Of a stretch of DNA of 64,000 nt, positions 55,625 to 64,000 are shown one piece after another (the stretch's first letter is position 1; each line of letters starts with the position of its first letter). Below the pieces are notes generated by a model, which did not search any database, was not told where the DNA came from, and saw only the letters and a list, made by a program, of their open reading frames with translations. The position numbers and the translations under genes are program-made. Source of the DNA: Camelus ferus (taxonomy: Eukaryota); contig NC_045696.1 of the NCBI RefSeq assembly GCF_009834535.1, positions 81,966,001 through 82,030,000 of the forward strand, in the 5' to 3' direction.

Positions 55625-57829
55625 AAATTAATTGAATATTTAAATTATTTTATGTTGGTTTATGTCCACTTAAATGCTAAAATTAATCTTGGTGTCATAG
55701 GAAGGAAGCTGACACCACCAAACAGGCAGAGCAAGTCTTTATTTTCTGTTTGCTTTGCTAAAGCTGTGACCTGAAAAGTTAGTTCAACTTGCTGAGTGAT
55801 CGATTTACTCAAGTCGAACACAACTTCTACGAAAGTGATGCTCTTTTTCCTGAACATGGACTCTTCCAGCTAGAATAATGGGATGGTAGAATTTACTAGC
55901 TGGAATTTGCTTTGTGTCATTTAGGTCAGTCTTTCTCAAACTTTGACATGCCTACAAATTAGGTAGGGATTTTGGTAAAATGCAGATTCTGATTTTAAAA
56001 GTCTTTTGCTGCTAGTCCCCTGATTACAGTTTGAAGAGCAAAAAATCTAGGCCTCATTTTACAACTGAAGTTCAAAGAACTGAAATGACAATGATTTTAT
56101 CATTGTTACAATATTTTCCATTTTTTAGCATAATTTTAAAATACCATGATTTTGAAACAAGTACTGAGTGATTTCTGGCAAATGAGGGGAAATAAATCAA
56201 CTTCACAAAATTCTTAGTTTTAATTTGTTATTCTCTTGTTTGTTTCCCATGATCTAACCATATGCTAAAATGCTGTCTGGATTCATTGTTATTAGAAAAT
56301 CAGTTTAATGCACACATAATCTGTTCTTACTGCAGTTGATTGACAGGCTCACTGTATTCCCATAGGTGCATGACATTGTGCTAAGTATCATGTCATGACA
56401 GACTCAGTCTTCCATTCAGCCACTTTTTCTCTTTCACCTCAGTTAAACAGTTCCAAAGATTCTGGTTATGTTCCGCAAGGCACAGTCCAACATGAGGCTA
56501 GATTATGCCACCTCCTTCCTCCACCTCATAACTAGAAAGCAAGCCTGAGATAAGAGAAATAGGATCTCTTTTTCTCTTTCACTTTCTGGCTCAGTCATTT
56601 AAAAACTACAACTCAGAGTTCCCTTGAGAATTAGTTTAATTTACTGGGTTCTTGGGGGAAATCCTGCCAATGGTTTTATCCTCTTAAGAAAAATTTAAAA
56701 CTTTCAATAGTAATATTGAGAAATATTTAAAAATATACATGTACTAATTATTAAGTGTCTGGTGTCTCCACTCTTCCAGGAAAGCAAGTAGACAGTCACC
56801 AGAAAACGTCCAAAGATGAGAAGATGCTTCTCCCTTTGAGCCTCCCACCCTGAGCGTCTTAGAGTAAGCTGCCCTATCAACTATGAAAAGGGGGGAAGAC
56901 AGAATGAAACTTAAGCCTAATCATTCCTTATTTTAAAACTGAATTCCATAAAAACACAAATAATATCAAGAAACATCTGCTTTATGTCCACTAGGTGCAG
57001 AGCCCCATATTTCATACAATCAAGTATAAAATCTAACTCTTGCACCTGAGTCTAGCTGGGATTGTCTACTTGGGAAGGCCACACATAAACCTATGATAAA
57101 TAACAATTCAAGATTATATACAAATCCAAAGCCCTAGGGCAGTACAAAACAAATTGCGAAGTTTATGGAAGAGCAAGTAAGATCTATAGAAATTCAGAGA
57201 AAGGAGTAATTATGTCCGGCAGGGGTGGAGAAAAAAATTTTTTTAAATCTCTGATAGCAGTTATCTCAGAAGATAAGTGTGGTATGAAACAGAAGCAGTT
57301 GTCTTTCATCTGGAGAGGACTTTATCAAGGCCTAACTGAAAAAATGCTTTATCAAGGACTAACTAAAAAAAAATCCTTTGTTAACTTGTAAAGTCATAAT
57401 GTAATTTCAGAGACCTGGGATCCTCTGGCAAATTAACATGAGATAGGACACAGGCTGCTATTTAGCCTTTTAAGGTCTGCTTTCCCTTACAGGAAGGTGA
57501 GAGGGTTCATGATCTCCAGGACCCATTCCAGACTAGGACTGTAAGATTCTGGGACACCTTTGGAAACTTTTAGTTTGAAAAATTCACTAGACTTGGGAGC
57601 TTCATGAACAAAACTTCCCAGCACCTAGCAGAGTCTATAGCATTTGGTACTTGTTGGTTGACACTAGGATTCTCAAATCAGCTTTTCATTCATTGAACAC
57701 GTTTGTTGAGGATTTACTATGTTATAGTCTCATGCTAAGCATGGAGGCAGGAATACAAAAAACCTTGCCCTCAGGGAGCTGACAGTAACAGCATATAAGT
57801 GTCAACATTTATTTAAAAACACATGTTAG

Positions 57830-59122
57830 AGGCCAAGACAATTCAGTGGAGGAAATAATAGGGGTTTTTTGGTGGGGGAGGGGTGGTATTTGTTTTAACA
57901 AATGATGCTGGAACAATTTAATATCCACATACAAAAGAATGAAGCTGGACTTCTACCTAAACCATTTATCAAAATTAACTCAAAATGGATCAAATATTTA
58001 AGCATAAAAACTAAAATTATAAAACTCTTAGAAGAAAATGTAGTAGTAAATCTTTGTGACCTTAGATTAGGATTCTTAGATTGACACCAAAAGCACAAAT
58101 AAGCAAAGGAAAAGATAAATTGAACCTCATCAAAATTAAAAATGCAGGTGTTTCAAAGGACACCATCAAGAAAGTGAAAAGTCTTCCTACAGAAAGGGAG
58201 AAAACATTTATAAATCATATGTCTGATAAGGGGCCAGTATTCAGATATACAAGCAACTCTTACAACTAAAAAAGACATAACTCAATTTCTCTTTGTGGGC
58301 AAAGAATTTGAATAGGCATTTCTCCAAAGAAGACATACAAATGGCCATAAAACATGAAAAAATATTCATTATTAGTCATTAAGAAAATGCAACTCAACGA
58401 CTTTGTACCTATAGGTTGACTATAATCAAAAGATGGATAATAACAGGTGTTGGCGAGGACATGTAGGAAGTAGAACCTTCATAGATTGCTTATGGGAATG
58501 CAAAGAGGTGCAACAACTTTGGGAAACAATTTGACAGTTCCTCAAGATGTTAAACATAGAGTTACTATATGATCCAGCAAATCCATTCTTCATTATATGA
58601 CCCTCATTATATAAGAGAATTAAAAACATATGTCTGCACAAAAACTAGTGCACGAACATTCATATAAGCATTATCTATAGTAGCTAAAAAGTGAAATCAA
58701 ACCAAATGTCTGTTAATTGAAGAATGGATAAACAAAATGTAGCATATCCATAAAATGAAATAGTATTCATTTATAAAAAGGAATGAAGTACTGAAACACA
58801 CTGCAATGTAGATGAACATTGAAAACATTAAGCTAAGCAAAAGAAGCCAGACACAAAAGGCTATATACTGTATGATTCTATTCATATTAAATGTCCAGAA
58901 TAGACAAATCTATAGAGACAGAAAGCCGTTTAGTGGTTGCCAGGGGTTGCAGGAAAGGATGAATGGCGAATGATTGCTAACTGGTCTTGGAGTTTTTTCT
59001 GGGGTGATGAAAATGTTCTGGAATTAGATAGCAATGATAGTTCCACAACAGTGTGAATATACACTGAGTTACACACTTTAAACAGATTAATTTTATTTTA
59101 TGTGAATTATATCTCAATTAAA
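57830..59122 (+). mobile_element. L1MB-like ORF2 end and 3'UTR
   Basis: AAAATTAACTCAAAATGGATCA...TCTCCAAAGAAGACATACAAATGGCC...TGTGAATTATATCTCAAT. Confidence 0.85.
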
Positions 59123-59486
59123 AGTAGACACCTGGTAAGTATTATCAGGAGTATCAACAGAGCACTATGGGAGCATTGACTCCATCTGGGAGATGCTATG
59201 AAGGTCAAAGGAAGAAAATGTTGAGCAGAATCTGAAGAATAATGCCAGGTGATGACAGTGGGCAATGGGGAGAGACAGCATACGGAAGAGGCCAGAACAC
59301 GTATTTCGCAGGTGGACTTCAGTTCCAAAGCTAATTCTGCCACTTTCTATCAGTGTGACCTTGAACAAGTTACTTAATCCCACTGAAATGAGTATCCTCA
59401 TCAGCAAAATGGAGGGTAACAACACCTGCTTCAGGGGTTTGCTGCTCAAATTAAATAGGAGACTTAGGCACAGCACTCAACTAGGA

Positions 59487-59808
59487 CAGTCAGCCCTCTA
59501 TATCCTTAGGTTCTGGATCCACAGATTCAACCAACTGCAGATCAAGAATACTAAAAAAAATTCCAAAAAGTTTCAAAAAGCAAAACTTGAATTTACCATT
59601 CTCTGGCAACTATTTACTTAGCGTTTAATTGTATTTACAACTATTTACATTGCATTAGGTATTATAAATAATCCTAAAATGATTTAAAGTATACTGAAGG
59701 ATGTGCACAGGTTATAAGCAAATACTACGCCATTTTATAGAAGAGAAGTGAGAATCCCTGGATTTTGGTGTCTGAGGGGGCCCTGAAAACAATCTGCCGG
59801 GACAAATG
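59487..59808 (-). mobile_element. MER2 (TcMar-Tigger)
   Basis: Same sequence family as 20633-20943. Confidence 0.8.
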
Positions 59809-60888
59809 TATTCAACATGTGTAGACTTCTCTTTCTCCCCTCAGCCTCTCCTTATTGCTATTTTAGGTGGATTAATGTAGAGTGTAATTGAGTGTAAAGG
59901 CAGAGCAGTGAAAAGGCCTAGCTTGTGTCTGACTGGTGAGAAATTTAATTAGCCTTAAGTATAAAGGCAGTTGGAAGCAGAGGAAGGTGTTTTAGAGTCA
60001 GAAAATAGAGACTTTGTAAGCAAAGGAAGGAGCTTTGGATTTAGTCCTGTGATTTAGTCCTAAATCACCTGAAATTTTAGGGTGAAGAGGAATGTGAAGA
60101 TATTGGCTCTTTAGATGAGAGCAGAAGGAAGAATGGCTCAAAATAGACAAAAGTGGTAGCTCTGGGACCTCTGGAGAGGACACAGATTCTTAACTTTGTT
60201 AAGTAAAACCAATGCCTGCATCTCAGAGGCACTTGATGTGGCCTATTTACTGATAATGAATTGCTAATGATTATTTGATGACAGACTTTCTGTATTTTAA
60301 TTGCTTGTTCCAGCAAGCATTTTGATAAAACCAAAGCTTAGATAATTCCGGCAAAAGAAGGCGCTTGTTTATCGTGGGGAGCCGTGCAGCTCCAGTCTGA
60401 GCACTACGTGGCAAAATTGAAAGGCTTGGCTCTAATTTTGACTCAGGCAGGTTACATAACTTGTTGTGTGTTTATTTCCCTTTCAGAGAGTAGATGACGA
60501 CAACTTTAACCTAACTGGCTTAAAAATATTATGAAAATAAATAAACATTCCAAAGCTCTTTGTAGTTCATTGAGGGAAAGTACCCTTTACATCCAAAATT
60601 TCACTTTGTAACTAGACAGTGACTTATTATTCTTTTCCTGAATCAGTTTTGAGCTTTCTCTCCTCCAGTCTTGCCTTTGAACATTTCTACAATTACAATA
60701 ACAACAAAAAACCTTCTGAATTCTTTTTCTGAAAAAAAATGTCCCTGCAGTATACTGCAGTAAGAGTAAACTTTAAACATATGCACATGGTGCATTGCAG
60801 TTACAAAACACTTTGACAAACACAGTCACATTTAGGTTAACCGATTTCTCCCAATAAGGTCACCTGGTAAAGATTACTGTTATCCTGT

Positions 60889-61330
60889 TGCAGAAACAAG
60901 GCCTCCATACCCTGTTTACTGAATTGAGACTCAAGGACAGAGTTTTGGATGAAGTAGAAAAGGCAGCTTTAATTCTTTGCCAGACAAAGGAGGTCACAGT
61001 GGGCTAATGCTTCTCAGACTGTGAGCCTGCTGGGGAGAGAAGGCAGGGGGTTTTATAGTAAAAGTTCGAGAGTTCAAGGGGTGGAGCTACTTTCCATAGA
61101 GATCACATACAGGGTAACAAATTATTGCAAGGTTGTTCTTGTTTTTGCAATGCAGCCGTCCCCTTCCCTCTGCTGGGTATGAAGTTCACCTCTGGCTTTG
61201 GGAATCTCTTAATATTCTTGTACCTAGAACAAAGCGTGCATAGGAAGGGGCTCCATGGAAAAAAGCTCTAGAGAAAATCTTGTGCAGTTTAAAGTCAGGT
61301 TGATAAATGCTTTTAGCCTTTTAAACAGGC
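60889..61330 (-). mobile_element. ERV1-like LTR
   Basis: GACAGAGTTTTGGATGAAGTAGAAAAG...TTTGCCAGACAAAGG...GGTTTTATAG resembles the reverse strand of artiodactyl ERV1 LTRs. Confidence 0.55.
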
Positions 61331-61350
61331 TGAGGCCTGGGACCTCCTAC

Positions 61351-61602
61351 TGTAGGCTGAAGCCTACAGCTCATATAACAGAATATAAGGAAACCACAAA
61401 GGGCCAAAAACAACCAGCAGACATGCACAGTTGGGGCTGGTTATGAACAATAAGATGCACAAAACCCCCAACTGCTATTTCTGAGGTGTCAGAGTCAAGA
61501 GGAGGGCACTGGGGTCAGGTGCAGGGGGCTGAGCATGATCCCTGCACACAGCACCACGAGGGGACTGGGCAGACCACCCAAGCCCCACTCCATCCCAACC
61601 CT
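61351..61602 (+). mobile_element. Truncated LTR fragment
   Basis: Starts TGTAGG, GC-rich LTR-like sequence; family uncertain. Confidence 0.4.
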
Positions 61603-62322
61603 GGTCAGCAAGAGCATGAGCAAAACCCTTTAAACCACTATTCAACTAAGCAATTACAAACACCATTACAGATATCGGATGGTCACCAGTGATGACAATA
61701 GGGTCCTGCTTAGTTACAATCCCAGCCTTTGTGATGAACTTTGTGTTCGGAGAGGTTAAATGAATTGCCTAAGAGCACCCAGCTGGGAATGGGCAGGATC
61801 AGTGGTTAAACTCAGGTTCTTAACTCTAAATTTCAGGCCTGCATATCTTCCTGCATTAAACTAGACAAAGATCTGTATACACAGATGCACAGACACACAC
61901 AAATATTTAATTACCTAGAAAATATTCCATACCTGTTTAAAATAGCAGATTGCTTCTGGGCTCTTAAATATATCAAGACAGAGGAAATTTATTATAGATT
62001 AAGATTAAATAGTATAGTACTGGCTAAGATAAAATCAGCTTTTAAATATTTTATTTCCATAAAACTACTTCAAGTAAGTAATCTGAGTATTTCTCAAAAT
62101 AATATGTCAATATTACACAAGTTATTTGAATAAAACTATATATATTAAATTATCATAGCATAAATCATTCTGATGTCAATGTATATTGCACTGCACTTTG
62201 TATAAATATATAGTGTATTTAAAATAACCACATAGTACTAATAGTATGTATTTTTCATCTGAAAAAATTAATCAGGGAATGAACATTCATAATATCTAAA
62301 TTAGGCTAGAAAAGTATTAATA

Positions 62323-62880
62323 ATGCTTTTTATTTTGTATATTTTATGATGCTTTGACATCTTCATGGCCTTACTGACAGAGGAGAGACTGCCACTCCCA
62401 GGGCTTTTATCTCTTCAAATTGTCCTAGAGACAGTGAATGACTCCTTCTGTGAATATGCCTTTCATATACAAACCAACCAATCCAAACTTCCTCCTTTAT
62501 TTAATTCTCATACACCAAGCCAATACTCCCCTGGCCTTAGTCACCCCAGGGCCAGGTACTGGACAACTAGAAATCACCCCTATGGACCAGAGCCTGCCAC
62601 AATTATTCAAACTATCCAATCCCAAATTTATTCAAACTTTCCTACACCATCTCGCTCATTCCTTTCAGCAAAAACCACAATAATGGCTCTGGGCCATGCT
62701 TTCTCTTTCACTCCTGCCTCCAGACTGATCCTGGTGCTTCCCCGTGTGGCCCTGCATGGTGTGTTATGCCCCCTTCACTTGGGAACAGTAAATAATAAAT
62801 TCTTCTTTCAAAAGTAGTTGTCCCTGTCTCTGTCACCTTACCATTCCTGATTAAAACAAATTCCAGGTGCAAATCAAGAC
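62323..62880 (+). mobile_element. MER74/MER73-like ERVL LTR
   Basis: TTTTATGATGCTTTGACATCTT...GAGAGACTGCCACTCCCAGGGC...AACCAATCC...AATAAA, ending CA. Confidence 0.65.
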
Positions 62881-62885
62881 AAATA

Positions 62886-63102
62886 CAGTTGACCCTTGAA
62901 CAATATGGGAATTAAGGGCACCAACCCCTATGCAGCTGAAAACTTGTATATAACTTTACAGTCGGGCTTCTGTATCCACAGTTCCACATCTACAGATGCA
63001 ACCAACTGCAGATCATGTAAGTACGTTAGTACATATTTATTGAAAAAAATACATGTATAAGTGAAATTGCACAGTTCATTCATGTTGTTCAAGGGTCAAC
63101 TG
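62886..63102. mobile_element. MER8-like Tigger MITE
   Basis: Perfect 18-bp TIRs CAGTTGACCCTTGAACAA / TTGTTCAAGGGTCAACTG flanked by TA on both sides. Confidence 0.9.
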
Positions 63103-64000
63103 TATAGTATTGTTTCTTAATTAAGAATAAAGAACTGAAGAAAAAAGAAGGCAATGCTCTATCCATCATGGATAAGAAGTGAAAGACCAAATACACCTTT
63201 TTCAGTGTGTTACTTGCAAACTTATTTTTTCCAACACATTTATTGAGAGCTTACTATGTGCCTAGCACTGTGTGAGGCACTGAGTATGAGTAATGAACTA
63301 AACAGTTTTGTTCCCTGTCCTCATGAGACAGATTCACAGTTTAGAGAGAAAAAGTAGGCAAGAAAATAGGTGAACAAGCACAATTACAAACTGTGACACC
63401 TGCTCCAAGGGAAATAAGTACTGTGTAGTAACAGAGAATAATGGTGGGGAGGAATATTGTTCAGGGAAAAAAATTACTTAAAGAAATGACATTTATGCTG
63501 AGAATTAGAGGGAAATAAGGAATTAGATTTGCAAAATATGAGAAAGAATATTCCAGGATGGTATGGAAGGCTCTGAAGTAAGCAAAGTTTGGCATCTTTG
63601 AAGAACTGGAAGGAAACCATTTGCAGTGATATAGAAAAATATACGGTTAAGTGCAGAAGAGTATATATATTCCAATACCACTTTGCTAAAAGAGATACAT
63701 ACACATATGTATGTCAGTACATAGGAAATCAGAAAGAATATAAAATAGGCTATAAACATGGAAAGACACGGAAAGAGTGGATTATAGTGGACTCTCACTT
63801 TCTGTTTCATATGTATTTCTGCATTATTTAGAGTTTTGCACAATTTTGTATTCAGGATTTACTAAAGATAAATATTAAAATCAAACTCTGTACTTTTGTT
63901 TCTGTCACAAAACTTCCCCCCAACTTTTCATCCCTCTTCACTAGCTTTGCTTATTCCCTGTAATGTATTTTGTTCTGCCTCCTCTTGTCTCTGGCATTTT

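Noticed and set aside
57321..57370. 27-bp tandem duplication CTTTATCAAGG(C/A)CTAACT; similar small duplications near 13874, 29430, 43400 and 54788
   Set aside because: Ordinary slippage duplications, not CRISPR-like arrays.
60745..60760. 16-bp palindrome CTGCAGTATACTGCAG; AT-rich palindrome near 32089-32109
   Set aside because: Short palindromes of this size are expected by chance in 64 kb.
62365..62817. 150-aa plus-strand ORF
   Set aside because: It lies wholly within a MER74-like LTR.
48600..64000. Search for a neighbouring gene upstream of PRKCI
   Set aside because: No second CpG island or recognisable coding exon; the region is mostly repeats.

Overview
Mammalian genomic DNA. The tRNA-derived SINEs look like the camelid Vic-1 type, and I see no Alu or Bov-tA. 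The window holds the 5' two-thirds of PRKCI (atypical protein kinase C iota) on the minus strand. A TATA-less CpG-island promoter lies at ~47.4-48.6 kb, and coding exons 1-12 run from 47836 down to 509. All introns are GT-AG, and the exons join into an open frame of 1203 nt (401 codons): PB1, pseudosubstrate, C1, hinge and the kinase up to the DYG motif. Later exons lie off the left edge. Introns and the 16 kb upstream are mostly old L1, L2, MIR, MaLR/ERV LTRs and DNA transposons. The most notable non-routine items are: (1) an ERV transcript retroposed by L1 (R-U5-internal-U3-R-polyA with a TSD) in intron 1; (2) a sense-oriented solo LTR in intron 4, the intron equivalent to the one holding the PKMzeta promoter in PRKCZ; (3) a CpG-retaining, exon-like unique block in intron 2; (4) a 3'-truncated HNRNPA3 retrocopy; (5) an L1 inversion with 80-bp inverted breakpoint duplications; (6) a palindromic p53-family-like site; and (7) strong antisense splice donors at the promoter. 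Repeat family names and boundaries come from visual recognition and are approximate. I found no clearly new multi-gene system.
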